Assembly: GCA_040954595.2 (NCBI GenBank)
Contig: CM082580.2
Coordinates: 2,470,783-2,534,782 of the forward strand
Origin: Balanoglossus misakiensis
Lineage: Eukaryota; Animalia; Hemichordata
DNA: 64,000 nt
Direction of reading: 5' to 3'
Shown here: one piece after another, positions 50,651 to 63,888 of the stretch
Numbering within the stretch: position 1 is the first letter of the stretch
Layout: each line of letters opens with the position of its first letter
Translations under genes and position numbers: made by a program
Notes under the pieces: model-generated
What the model saw: the letters and a program-made list of their open reading frames with translations, nothing else
What the model was told of the DNA's origin: nothing
The model's database searches: none

Positions 50651-52708
50651 TTAGTTAGCATTGAAGAACATTGTGTCCAAGAGTTGGTGCTTCTTGACCA
50701 CTTCATTCTGTATATCTAATAAATATAATAAGGTAACATTTCTTATTTAAATATTATCTCGACAAACAACTGCACATACTTGGAAATCTCACAACAAAAA
50801 TACAATAACTGCTTGAAGATGGATATGAGACATTGTAAAAATTTAGAAGTCGTTTGCATTTTTTATCAATTTTCCCCACGTTCTCTCCTCTTCCAAGTAC
50901 CCCGTCATCCGTTGGTTCCATCATGATTGTAGCAAAGGTAGCTAAGTGTGCGTACTGTATATAACAGAATTTCGACCCGTACATAAAATCGCCGTTTGGT
51001 ATTATTTTGGTTTATTCTTATTTTAATATGAAAAGTATTTTGAGCGATTTCAATGATGATACGATGGATAGGCCGAAGGAATCGATGAGAATTACTAGTA
51101 CATTTTTTTTAAACTTGCTTTGTGCGGATCACATTTTAGAGTTCGAAATTTATAGTGATTTACCAATAATAAATAATTTTTCATCTCAGAATTAGTAAGT
51201 GCCGAATTATGACGTTGTATACGGAGTTACGTCTAGTAAAACAGGCAAATTCGTGTTTCAAACAAAAGTGTATGTCAAGGTAGAATTCAATAATTGTCAG
51301 AAAAATACGAGTTCTGAAAGCGTTTTGAGTACTGCATCCTCAAAACGATTGCACACTAGGCCATTGCCAAACTACTTCGCAGAATGACTGTTGCTCATAA
51401 TGTCAAATGAATCTTTATATGGCGGTTTTTGATGTCGGAATATCCATATAACGCTTTACTGTACTGTTACAATTCGCTATTTTAAGGGTGGTTCTTTTTT
51501 CATTCATGGGTGCGGTATTTTGATATAAGATACTAAGCTGTTTTTAGATCCACGGTAAGCCGGAAGTAATTCTAAACAATAAAAATATCATGCAAGTATA
51601 CCTGACCTTCAGTAGGTAGTTTAGATTTATTGACGGTATCAACGGCCGTTGGCCATTGTTTTTTTTTACATAGCAACAGTGCGAAATTATAAGATGGTGC
51701 GAACTAGCATTTGCCAAATATGCACATTGTATACATATAAACCTAAAAGATGAAATATATAGTTTCCATTCTTCAATGTTTGTATATTATTCTTTACAAA
51801 TACCGTTTCCATCCTCTGAACTACAAATATCCCTACGTTAGGCAGTGTAGAAATATTTGGAAGAGCCACTCCCTTTCACAAAAAAATTCTCAAAAAGAAA
51901 TAAAAACACATAAAATCTTAAAATATAATTATGTCATTTAGGCCCCTAAGCATGTTCCAACAAGGCGCCAATCAAACCTCTTTTTTTGTTTTCCATTGAA
52001 ATCGAGACAATCCTTCAATACGTTACCAAGTTCACTACTATTGATGGTAAGCCCGGGGTTCCCCTTTTCAGTTACCCAGGCCTTGACCTTCATGACGCAT
52101 TATTGTTGTCCTCTGGTTGAGCGGATAAAATGGCGTGGCGCTGCACGCTAAAGACATTACCAGTGTGTGCATGCCCTGCCCTGTACGCGTACACTGGTCA
52201 GCGAAAATTTTGGAGCTTGTCAGGGCCAATATGGAAGGTGGAAAAGCAAGGCCTCTGAACCAGGTTTCATTGCGTCGTCGACGGGCGTGACCTTTGCCCT
52301 GTTGAGAACAAAAGTGAAATGTGACCTGACTCGGCGTGACCTCCAACTGAAGGACTTTATAGCTATTACGTCACTACCAAACAATAGCCGCCATTGCGCG
52401 CGGTAGGGAGAAGTGGTGTACAACACGCAGCTCACGGGGAACGAAAGAAATAAGCGCCATATTTAGCACTACTTCCCGAGAGGATGAAGATTATACTATG
52501 TTTCGCCGTGTTGGCTGTCCTTTTACGGCAAACGTCATCACGTAAGTTTTGTGTGAGACGGTGAACCGTCTACGGTCTAGCCTCGCGACACAAATCGAGG
52601 CATGATACATGTTTATAGCGAGGGCAATATCATGATCTTTAGTCTGCTCGAGGGATGGTGATCCCTGACCATAATATTGATGATGCCCGAGCCGCAGGCG
52701 AGGGTATC

Positions 52709-53359
52709 CAGGGTTCTCCCCAGTCCCAAATAGCATTGGGCCCCCGACGCTATGGCTTCCCCCCCCCCCCGCCCCAGCTTTCCCCCTGACGCGATTATGT
52801 CTGCCCGCTATGCTAAACGTGTCATTGTGAACTCCCTTATTTTTGCCTTTCCCCCGCTTTTGTTTTCACCGTAACGTGCTACTTCCTTTCAATTCTTGAT
52901 GAATAGTGAACACAACTGCGTGATTTCACGGCGTTAATCACGGCTTTAATCACCCTAGAAACAACGCAGCTCTGCACTCTGTCAAGAGCAGTTCGCTGCC
53001 CATTTCATTCAGTCATAGACAGTAGAATTCTGCAGAATTCCCCCTCTACTGTCTATGATTCAGTGCATCAATTATGATAAATAGCATCATAGCCCTAGTA
53101 ACACGCACACACAGATGGCAACAAGCGAGCGTACGCATTTTGCAACACCTTATCTAAACTTGGCAAAACTTTTGTTGGAGGTCGCCTCCACAAGTCTGCA
53201 GAATATTTGTACACTACACACAGGATAGCAGACTGCATAATTGTGGGGCCACAGTGATGTCAAATAGAAGCTAATGTCATAAATGCTATATGTAAATTCT
53301 ATGTCAATTAATATGCAAATTAGCCCCAACTCTATGTTTTTTTCCAGGGGAGAACCCTG
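52709..53359. mobile_element. MITE with CAGGG termini
   Basis: Perfect 13-bp TIR CAGGGTTCTCCCC / GGGGAGAACCCTG. GTATC is duplicated at 52704-08 and 53360-64, and the empty site is visible in copy 1. Confidence 0.85.
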
Positions 53360-53496
53360 GTATCATCAATATTGTCAGAGATCACCAGCCCGAGGGCAGG
53401 CTAACGATCATGATATTGTCCGAGCATCATGTGTTGTTGATTTTATTACACCGAACATTTGACCATACACACAGCATAGAGGCTTGCGTCCATGTC

Positions 53497-53665
53497 TAGA
53501 CTCTCTCAAAACCCCTCTCGCCGTCCATGCAGGCTAATGGTCTGATTGCATGTGTGTCCACCTAGAGGCGACACAACACCAAGCGGTGCTTCTCCCTAGC
53601 CAAACGGTTGAGGGCGCATCAGTAAGGAGCTTGTTGTAGCGAACCGTGGGCTGTGAGAGAGTCTA
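53497..53665. mobile_element. 169-bp MITE with TAG..CTA termini and 9-bp TSD (AcademH-like, or MuDR-like)
   Basis: TIR TAGACTCTCTCA / TGAGAGAGTCTA. GTCCATGTC is duplicated at 53488-96 and 53666-74. Confidence 0.85.
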
Positions 53666-54942
53666 GTCCATGTCGTATGCTGCAGGTTGCAGTGAACTAA
53701 AATATCTCGCTGTACCCTTAGTCTGGTTCTGGACCGGACTAGCTGTTCCCTACTACCTACTTCGAACTCAAATAATCTTGAGGAAACCGCGCTGTTGGTT
53801 GCGATTTTGGTATATTTACTGTCCGTTTGCTGTAAAATATCGTCCAGTTGAACAGGTGTTAATCCCGCGTGTCGTTTTGAAGCCAATGTATGCGGTAGTT
53901 GACTGATCGTGAAGGAAGCCATTGAACGACGGTTTGTTATGCTCAGAAAAGATGCGCAGAACCTAAAAACTGTTCTCAGCGGGCATATCCTCTCACCGCG
54001 CGCGTATCCCCGGCCCGTAGCCCATACCTAAGGGCCATAGACTCTGTCAACCATGTAATATCACGTTTTTTCTACGTCACGTGGTACGGTCTCAGCCAAC
54101 AAGAGTACGGAATACAGAGTGAGATGTAATAAATACTTTCTCAATGGTTCGCTTCAGCGAGTGTGCTGGCGTCGTTTTACCTGATTTAACCTGCGACACG
54201 TATATTGTACTGTGACTGACTGACATAAAATCGTTTTTTATTTCTACGTGAACATGTTTGTGATAACTTCATGTAAACTAGTGTTGGATCACATTTGTTC
54301 AAGAAGACTTAGTACACGAAACAGCGACCAAACACCACCACCCCAACGTTATTCATTTATGACCTTGTATTTTGCTGTTTTTGCCTTTCGATATCACGGC
54401 AACCAAGTCATAAATTTCAGCGACGTATATCTGTCTCTTTTCGGGTTCGCGGTATAGTCTGCAGTTAGTCATATTATAAGATTTATATGCAGTCACGGCC
54501 CCATGATTTTTGTCGTGATCCTTCAACAAACAGCCGCGCCATCGGGATTACCAAGGCCAGGTTCAGACCTGTCAACAAAACCTACTTCCGTAACAATAAC
54601 ATAACTTAAGCCAAAACACCGTACCACGAAGTAAAAGGCGTCGCCGTACCCTACATCTGATTTTAATCAGATTGGTCTGAAGTTGGATCGGATCTATGTA
54701 GTGGGTTGCATTTGTTACTGGTCGTGGGACACAACTGTGTACGTTCTCTGATGATCGACAGTGCATATACTAGGAATCGCCATGTTATGAAATGACATAA
54801 CACCTGTGTCGGAAATAAGGGATTCGTACGATATATAACTTCAACGAATCCTTGCATATAACACATCCATTAGTAAGACGCAAGGCTTTACAGAACTACA
54901 AATAACACTAAACCTACTCTTTATTGTATGTTTATCATGTAG

Positions 54943-56678
54943 TCGCGGTTATTGACCCATCCCAAGCAGTCGAAGTTGGAAATGATGTTACATTCATATG
55001 CGAAAATGGCAATGGTGCAATAAGATGGCATTTTAAGGAAGACCCTGTCCCATTATCTTCAGATGGACACTACATCATCACCGATGGACCAGGCGCTGAA
55101 AGCAATTTAACCATTATAGATGTGACAATGGGTGACAGTGGAAGCTATAAATGCGTTGATGATAACGACCAACTGTTCATCGAGCTTGTTGTCTACGTCA
55201 GTAGGTGGAATAATAATAGTTGTTTTTATCCAACATTGACAGAGTTTGTCAGAGGTAAACTGACATACTAACACGCGATTGCGATGTGCAGTGTTTTCAC
55301 CCAGTAATATACCACAGTAGTTAGGGGGATCTAGTACTTGAAAGACACACGTCCTTTTAAGGCGATATTTGGACAGCCAATTACCAGTTTGCTGGAGGCT
55401 TAACAATGAATTGTGATACATCTGTGGGTTAGGGTTCACCTAGGGTTATGACCTCACAGAATAATTTCCCTTAAAAAATGTTAAATTATCCTCTTAACAC
55501 CGTCATTCTGTTCCATGGCGCCGATCTCAAGAATATTCAATGATTTGTGTTTGTCATTTTTCAAAGTACCGTTGCTCGTCTTGCCTTTAACTTCTATCGT
55601 TTTTCTTCCGTTCTCTAGTTCCTGTAGTGGTGTTATCAAGCAGCCCATCGACTCCGCACGTCGTCCCCGGGGAAAACAGAACTTTAACATGTGACACGTC
55701 GGCATACGCTGAGAGAGTGGAGTGGAAGAAAAACGGAGAGGTTCTGACCGAGTCGGCGAACATCGTCATAGACAACAGCTATCTCACCATCGTCAACAAT
55801 GCGCTGACGGACGCCGGTGTTTATCAGTGCTTGGTTAACGTATCCGATCTGGCGAAGAAAGATATTGTCCGGGAAGACACGTTCAATTTAATCGGTGAGT
55901 CGGAATTTTCTTGTTGCGGTTTCTTGCATACAACCTAGCAGCTATTATTTTTATACAAAACGAAAATGTTTAGCAGGGAAGATACTGATAGTGTAATTAA
56001 TAACGATTGTGCACAGCGTTTAGGACTTCGATAATTGAAAGAATACTGAAATATCTGAAAGGTCCTGATTGGTGTGTATATCTGGCATCCTTATTATAAT
56101 AAGTTATATTCTTCTTATGCTTTTAGCGCAAGTGACCGTTTTACTCACACAAAATGTGAAACTGGAGGAAGGGGAGACGGCTCGAATCGGTTGCGATGCA
56201 TCCGGCTATCCCCTGCCAACCGTTGCCTGGTATAGGGACAACAAAAAGATGGACAATGACTCGGCCGATGATCGTGTCTTCGTTACGTACATTGTCGATG
56301 AAGACAACGAATTAGTCGTCACGTCAAAATTGAGCATACGGATGATACAGAGCGCGGACGCTGGCGAATATTTTTGTAATGCAACGAACAACCACACATC
56401 GGCTGGAGAGTTATACATGTTACAAGTCCGAGGTGAGCGTAGCAAACAGTTGTTTACACACTTCACTTCCTTTGAATAATTATACCGTAGTACAAGTTTG
56501 TCGTACATTTTCCTCATTTGTGTACCATGAAGTAAGGATACCAATTCTATGATGTCTTTATGGTATGGTTGCAGATCCACTGGCCGCTCTTTGGCCTTTC
56601 CTGGGAATAATGGCGGAAGTTATCTTACTGATTATATTAATCCTGGGAGTGGAATTCTATCAGAAAAACAGGAATAGA
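54943..56678 (+). CDS. Basigin/neuroplastin-family three-Ig type I membrane protein (signal exon and cytoplasmic tail exons not located)
   Basis: Phase-1 Ig exons 54943-55200, 55619-55894 and 56127-56432 (C...W...D.G.Y.C). TM exon 56575-56678 encodes DPLAALWPFLGIMAEVILLIILILGVE, the basigin-family signature LAALWPFLGIxAE with the intramembrane Glu. Confidence 0.9.
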
Positions 56679-58778
56679 GTAAGTGATTTCTACACGGCTA
56701 TATTTTGAGCAAATGCTTGTACTTCCAAAAAGAGTTTGTGATAAGCACGTGTGTAAAGAACAATGATTAGTTGAAAGACTGTCATTGTTGTCAACTATAT
56801 AAACCTCTTTCTCTCTCTCTCTCTCTTTCGTAGAAGAACTAATTGGAAAGAAGATCGCGTCGGCCATGCGCAGAAGTGTAATGTTTGTTGGGCGCCATCT
56901 TTAGGGGAAAATTCAGAATCCGTTAAGGCAGTTAATCAAAAGCTATACCCTGTTTCCCTTTCAACCCGATTATTCAGAGTAATTAATATCATAAACTTAC
57001 ATTTAATTGGAATTTCACTCAGTACACACAAGCCCCTTTCTCTGTTAAAGCAAAATTTACTTAGTCGGCTAAAAGCCGCCATTTTGAATAGCGATGAACA
57101 AATCCCGCCATCCTTTTTGGCAACTACGATGTCCTATTGTTCCAGTGAATTCTTATGACGTCAGTGTAATGCAGTACCGTTGTAATCCTGCTGTAAGGAT
57201 TGGCATGGAAATACATGTATCTGATTTGATGTCATTCAGGGCAAACTATGATATTCTAACAGTCAGGTCACAGACAATCTGTATAAACGCCTGAAAAGCA
57301 GGATGAGCACGTTTCTCAGGCGACAAATCAGCACTTGTTATTTCCCGCGGAACGAGAATTTTGGGGTTCCGCAGTTTCTTTAATCTTCACATTTATGCAC
57401 CATAACAAAGATGTATATTGTGCCTTTCGTTTATCTGGAACATTGCTGCGTATTATTAATCACTATTTTTTAATATCGAGTTAGGTGGTTTTATTACTAG
57501 TACTTGTAACAGAATAGGGGGTTTTACATTGAGGAACGGCGCGGCGGCGGGTGTGGTTGAAAAGGGGAAAATTTAGTTACTCCATTGTGCCGCAAACTCA
57601 GACCTGCATATATAGTGTTTGTATTTATCCTCTTCTATCACTGACGTCGATACATCATGAAGTGATGTCCGACTGTACTAGATTGCGATGTACAATATTT
57701 TCCTTTGGGTGCCAATGTATTCACGCAAGGCCATGCGCCAACCCAAAGGTGTTGGTCACACGGACACTGCTGTTAATAAGCAGTGGCACACTCGAACGCA
57801 CAAACACTTACAGACAAGTGTCTCGACTTCACTCGGTACAGTTTAATATTATGCAGTGAATGCAAATTACTGGAAATGACTGAGTTTCTTTTGCAATCCA
57901 AGTTGGACTTTGGATATGTATTTTCCACTCGTCAGAGAAATTATGATCATTTTAGCGAGTCGTGCACGAAAGTCACACTCGCTGCACCTATCCGTTCGAC
58001 CAACTAAAACTGACTTTCCACACGGTGCATTGTACATAATATGGTATCTCCTTTGAGGCTATTTTTGTAACACATTTTTAATCTCATACTCTGAAAGATT
58101 TATAAGCAATAAACGGGGTTTGCTTGATTTGTATTGTTGATAAATGATGAGATCGAGCTGTTGCCTTCCGAATGTTAGAAGTCGGTATTATTGCATTTAT
58201 TGGTAATGAAATGTGGAAATTTTTAGTCCATGCTGTTAAAATCACTTCGGACATTGGCTAGTCGCGGTCCCAAATAGGCAAATCTCACAGGGACAGGTAA
58301 AGGGAATAGCTCCACTCGCAAACGTATGCAATTTGATTGGTTGAAGTGGATTGCTTAACTTGTCTCCTCCGGATACTAGCACTCAACATTGTTTGCTGGT
58401 AATAATATATTCGCTTTGTTGCGTGATTAGTTCATTACGTTTAGCCGATGATACGCGGTATCACCATAATAACTTAAACTTTGCTCAAAAGCCGTTGGCG
58501 TCGAAAATGTAAAGTCATTTGTGTGCGCGACCACTTAGTAATAATATGGTCTGCAGGGTATGGAGGACTATCATTTTCCTGAAAATCTGTCACTGAGGCG
58601 CGTGCTACCTGAAATTACTACGCGAGGGTGATACTGGTATTTTATGCCAGTCAACTAAAAGTCTATGAAAGAAAATTTGGAGTTTCCGATCAGGTTCTTA
58701 TAGTATCTTGTGGATACGGTTACATTTCGCCGATATTTGAAAGGGGCCGCCGCCGTAGGTATTAAGAATTGTCGCCGG

Positions 58779-58786
58779 TATAAAAG
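58779..58786 (+). promoter_or_regulatory. Putative TATA box of the VWDE-like gene
   Basis: TATAAAAG about 110 bp upstream of the signal-peptide ATG (58887/58896), with an Inr-like TCAGT at ~58815. Confidence 0.5.
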
Positions 58787-58886
58787 GACTGGTCTCTCGG
58801 TACTCGAGTCGGATTCAGTGTCTTGTTGATTGAGACCGCAGCTCCCTGTCCTGCTGTGAGACAAATTGGTATGTCAGCCTATTCGG

Positions 58887-61800
58887 ATGTCAGTGATGGC
58901 TTTTATCTTGCTCGACTTTCGGCTAGTCACCCTGGCGTGTACAGTGCTATGTGTCCAATCAATGGAGAATCAGTGCGGTGAGGAAATTTGACCCTTTTTT
59001 CCTTATTGCTGTATTTTGGCTTTTGGTTGAAATGAGAAATCTCAAACACGGTTTTGCCAACATGGACAATTTGTAGACTATAGGTACAAGTCTAAAGGGG
59101 GGGGGGGGCAAAAAATGAAAAATCTGCGACGATTTCAGATATGACATTGGTGAGTTGTACCTTCACGACTACAGTATATACCGGTAGTTACGACACTTTC
59201 TAATTACATGTACTACGTTAAAACTTGCTTTCCCAAATTCGGAAGACATTCAGGAGAGTATGTACTCCCGAACCACGATGTTTCAAACGTCTACCTGCAG
59301 ATATGCCGTGGACATTGGTTTTGAAGGGCGTTAGTGGTGATGATTTGGACCTGTTTCGACTGTGGAGCGGGAAAAACGGTCTTAATAAACACAAAGAAGG
59401 TGCAAAAAGCCTCGATAATACCATCCATCATTATTATACGAGGCTGCGTGGTAAATGGCGCAGCGTTTATCAGGTAATGGTGCCTCACTGCTATATTTTT
59501 TTCATATATCACGATTGAAATAACGCTTCTATCCTGGGTGCAACTCGTTGTCTCAGTCGTGTCTGCGCAGCATCAGTGACATTGGTGTGCACCATTTATT
59601 AGAAGCACACCGTTGAGAACATGAATATTGTCTGATTTCAAAACCCTATGAAGCTGCGGGGCATAGAAACGTTTTGATAAATGCAAAGATATAATAACAG
59701 CTGTGCCGTTTAGTGAGATCCAAGTGGTAAATGTATTTGACATTTTGCCAGAAAGGTTGTTGCTCCCCCGATTTGTCCACGCCAAGAACCGTTGACATGA
59801 AAATACAACCAAGGTGTTTCAACAGATGTACATTTTATATACCGTACGGTACACTGTAGTGTGTGGCGAGGAAACTATTCGCGTTAAAGAACGCGGAAAT
59901 GTTGTCTTAAGTTGTGTAGCCTTCAAAATATGACGTTATCATGCTTTCCTAGGCAAAAGATTGACTATCAGCTGCCCATCCCCCTTCGTTAGGGTAATAG
60001 GATTTTTGGTAAAATTAAAATTGGGAAAACGGAAATAGTGCATGGCCGACATGTGCCACGGATTTGCTGTGTACTAAATCTGAAATGGTTGTATCAAGAA
60101 ATGTTATGAGAGAATTTTTCTTTTCAGGTGAAAATAGGTTTGTATAAAGACGGTGAAGAGGTGACGTACTTCATTTTCAACGCTACCAATGCCGGCAAGA
60201 TGGGCTGGATGGTGGAGGAGAGGTTGCTTGACAGTCCATACGAAGACTTCATCAAGAACCAGAATTCGTCTCTCGAGAGGGAGTTTGACATGATTGGGTT
60301 GGTGCTACTAATCATTCTCCACTTTCGATAAATGGGAATGTGTGAATCGAGAAAAGGTGCGAGTGTGGAAGGACGGTGTCCCAGCTTGCGTACTGGCATC
60401 GGGTACGACTGTACGTTTAAAAAGCTTCCGTGATAAGATTACCCATCGATTTCTACTACGAGAGTGACATTTGTTGTATCACCTCTCCATCTCTCAATGG
60501 TTGTATGTTCTACTGTAGGGTTGCGCGTTGTGGACACAGATTTAGCATTGTGCAACCCACAGCGGAGGGCGAAATCCCTCATTTCTGGTTGATGATAGTG
60601 TCTGGAATTTCCAACGAACAAGCTCCGTGCTCGACGGATGAAAGACTACTGATCAACGGGACCGCAACTGGTCTGAATCAATTCCTATATTCCCCGCTAC
60701 GTACTTCAACCTATTTGACGGAAGGTATGTATCACTGACATATGTCTGGCGGAAAGCGTCTAACGCAAGCCGTTCTTGTTATTTATACCCACTTTATAAG
60801 TTTGGAACTTGAGATAGATCGTACATGGACGCTGTATGACCTTACATAAAATAAAATAAAACGCCGAATCCCCGTCCTGAAGTCTTTCATTGGCAATCTG
60901 TTGTTTGCTTCAACAGGATATCTTGAGAGGGCTGATGTCTTCGCCATCTTTGTAAAATGTATGTACACTTATTTTTAGTTGTTCACGACTTTGTAACTTC
61001 ACTTCTTACAGACTGACCATAAACCTCCGAGCAACGCGGACAATGATGATATGGTTGAATTCTTTGGTCGTGATTACACGCACAACACCACCGTCTATAT
61101 TTATGCGTTTTACAAACCGCTCCAATAATTTTTTCGAATAGAAACAAGCCCTACCGATTTATATCGATATGTATATCGTGTTAAAGTGTATTCATGCGTT
61201 CATCTTACACGCGTATTATCTTCTTAATTAATTTGGCCGAAGAAATTTAATGCATCGAGTTTACAACTGCAAGCATCGATGTTCATATTGCCAGGCATGC
61301 CAAATAGACCAAGTGTGACTAAGTTCATTGTTTGTTTTCCCTACTCAATTTACCTTTTCTTATTTCTATATTCAGTGAGAACAGATCCGTGTAAAAAAAT
61401 TCAATTTCTCAACAACGTATACCGCAGTGTGGCTTTCAATTCAAGCATCTTTGATTCAGAAGATGATTACATATGTGACATGGGCTTAGAGTCCGGTTGG
61501 TATCGACTCACAAAAGATGCCAGGGATCACATGCCGACATCGTGCGTCCCGGAAAATCGCTGCGGAACCCAGTTCCCTGGTTGGTTAAATGGGGAATTAC
61601 CCACGGAAGGCGAGTGTAACCTGGCCAGTGTGTGCATCAATCAAGGTATATGTAAACCTATCTTAAAAAATATTTTTGCGCATACAGAAATATTAAAAAA
61701 CAACACGATTTTTTCCTCTTTACCCTGCGGGCGTATATTCATTGGCATTGCTTTGTGATCTTTGTCGAGTAGAAACAAAAGACTGTACACTTTCTCTGTT

Positions 61801-63888
61801 TACCGTATCAGGCGGCAAGAACTGCTGTGATGCAAGTGCCGACATCATGGTGAAGAACTGTGGAGAGTTCTACGTTTACAAGTTGGAACCACTTGACATC
61901 TGCCCTGCTGCCTACTGCGCAGGTACGGTACTTTACGACCATCAAGTTAAATGAATTAAACATAAGCCAATTCTGGCTACCTTAAAGACTGAGGTTTTTA
62001 CTTCGTGAGGGGGTCAAATCATTTTATAATAATTGCATTCTGGATAAAAGGTCGACAACTCACTGTAGTAATAGATAACAGAAATGATACGCTGACTCTA
62101 TTTCATGACTTCCTTTGATAAAACATTTCTGTCTTTGTAACTAGTAAATGAAACTCATTCAACTTTTTTCACATTTTATTTTTTCTGTTACAAAGTTTCA
62201 GAATGACCCAGTATCACTTAAGAACTTCCATTTCTGAAACATGGCAAAAATCGGCCATCTTGAAATTGTATCGACCATATGAGACTTTCATCACTCACTT
62301 AGGAGGCAGAAATTCATCGTCGACTGTTCGAGTAAAATGTAAACGTTGAATACACATTAAGAACATTCTATGGCAGGATGCCAAATAATTTTGCAGGGGT
62401 TTTGCTCCCCAAAATACACCATTTTCTGCACTCTTTTTCAGGACACAGACAACCATGCCCACCCGGTTATCGATCTCCAACTGGACATTATCAACCGGGT
62501 TGTTCGAGTAAGTACATCACTCAATCATAAACACACAGAGAGAGAGAGGGGGGGGGGGAGAATAGACAGACAGACAGAATGTACAAGGAAATTTTCAATT
62601 GACATTTTTTTATTCATTAACCCAGAGGAATACCCAAAACTCCGGGGAAGGCCAAAGTTGACACTACGTGTACAGAACGGGGGACGCCACAGTTACCTCG
62701 AGTGTCAATTCACAGGCCTCAGTTCGCAAAATGTGTCTTACGAAGTTATGTGGAAGGAGGACGACATCCTGGTCAGGATAACTAAAAATGTCTCGGAGTC
62801 ACAAGGAGACGTACTGCATGAAGATGAATACACCATCGGTGGCACAGTAAGTTCCCACAGTTTCTTTCAGCTTTGTTATGAATACCCCACATACTAACGA
62901 TGACCTCGGGTAGTTTTCGCTTCCAAACGTGTTAGTTAAACTTTTGACCGATTCCAGGTTACCACATGGCTAACATCGATAGTCAGCCCGCGTCTCCAGG
63001 AATCATGCTGGTGGATGGAAAGCAATATCTGTTGATCTTTTTTTTCAATGAAGGTTTCGTAATTCTGTATATTTTATAGCAACCTTGCGTAATATATGTA
63101 TCTGCTTCCGTTGATACTAATGAGTATGGTTTTGCGTGAATATCGTTTAGTTTTATCGCTTATTTTTCTTTTTTTTTTCTCTTGAAGTTCCGATGCTACC
63201 TCCGCGCTCGTTTTGCAGATTCACCTATTACAGGTCCGTGGTCACCCAGCTATCCAATTTTTATCGGCATCGAGGTAAGCACATATTTGATCATTTATGA
63301 ATCAGATGGCACAATTTACACTGCATTCTGATGGAGCGTATCCCCTGATTGTGTCCACGTTCCAGCATTTATAAACGGTGTTCGGTTGAATTTTGAATCT
63401 CAAACCACATTTCAGGTGAGCCCACAATCTGTTGTCATACGAGAAGACTTGTCGGAAGGTAGCCACGAGGTTGCAATTTCGGCCACTGTGCCAATGTCGT
63501 GTGTCCTTGAACTGAAAGCTGACATAGGTGAGTTTCCATCATTAGACACATATACCAACTGATGTAGTCCGTGGATTACACCGCCACGTCACGTGAGCCT
63601 ATTCAGTTCTCATCTGATCATGAACGGTGTCTTGTTATTCTGGCGCCATGCAAATAACGACTCTTGATATTGTCTTCTTTTTGGACAGGGGATCTCGGTC
63701 GTCCAGAAGTCCTTCTGAGCACATGCAAAGTGACCATTGCCCATGAAACGTACAGCACAGAACAGTGGGTGAACTTGGAGGCGGTGAGGGATTTCCAAAA
63801 CGATGGAGACCAGTCGGTGATGGTGTATGTGCAGCCTACTGACGAGTGCTCTTACAATGTCAAAGCTGGTTACAATGAGAGTTTTGTA
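58887..63888 (+). CDS. VWDE-like (von Willebrand factor D and EGF domain) secreted protein with a UMOD/GP2/OIT3 D8C domain, 3' partial
   Basis: Exons 58887-58977 (signal), 59301-59473, 60128-60297, 60519-60724, 60917-60958, 61376-61645 (DPC...CD..LESGWYR......MPTSCV....CGTQFPGWL), 61812-61922 (VKNCGEFYVYKL.P...CPAAYCAG), 62442-62507, 62626-62846, 63188-63274, 63416-63527 and 63689-63888 (AVRDFQNDGD). All phases are consistent. The VWD domain itself is not in the window. Confidence 0.8.

Larger units (their letters stand above)
48203..50928 (+). mobile_element. Penelope-like retroelement (Neptune-type), 5'-truncated, flanked by ~85-bp inverted repeats
   Basis: RT, Cys linker, GIY-YIG, then a 3' region with a hammerhead. 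Inverted repeats at 48203-48286 and 50844-50928. Confidence 0.9.
52605..54133 (-). mobile_element. Crypton-like non-autonomous element, copy 2, carrying two nested MITEs
   Basis: Reverse-complement homolog of 24601-25260, with peptide ASKRHAGLTPVQLDDILQQTDSKYTKIATNSAV. The hairpin spans ~52605-53436 once the insertion is removed. Confidence 0.7.

Noticed and set aside
59139-59149. Apparent 11-nt micro-exon (cag|ATATGACATTG|gtgagt)
   Set aside because: Inclusion would shift the frame between exon 1 and exon 59301, which already join in phase 1.
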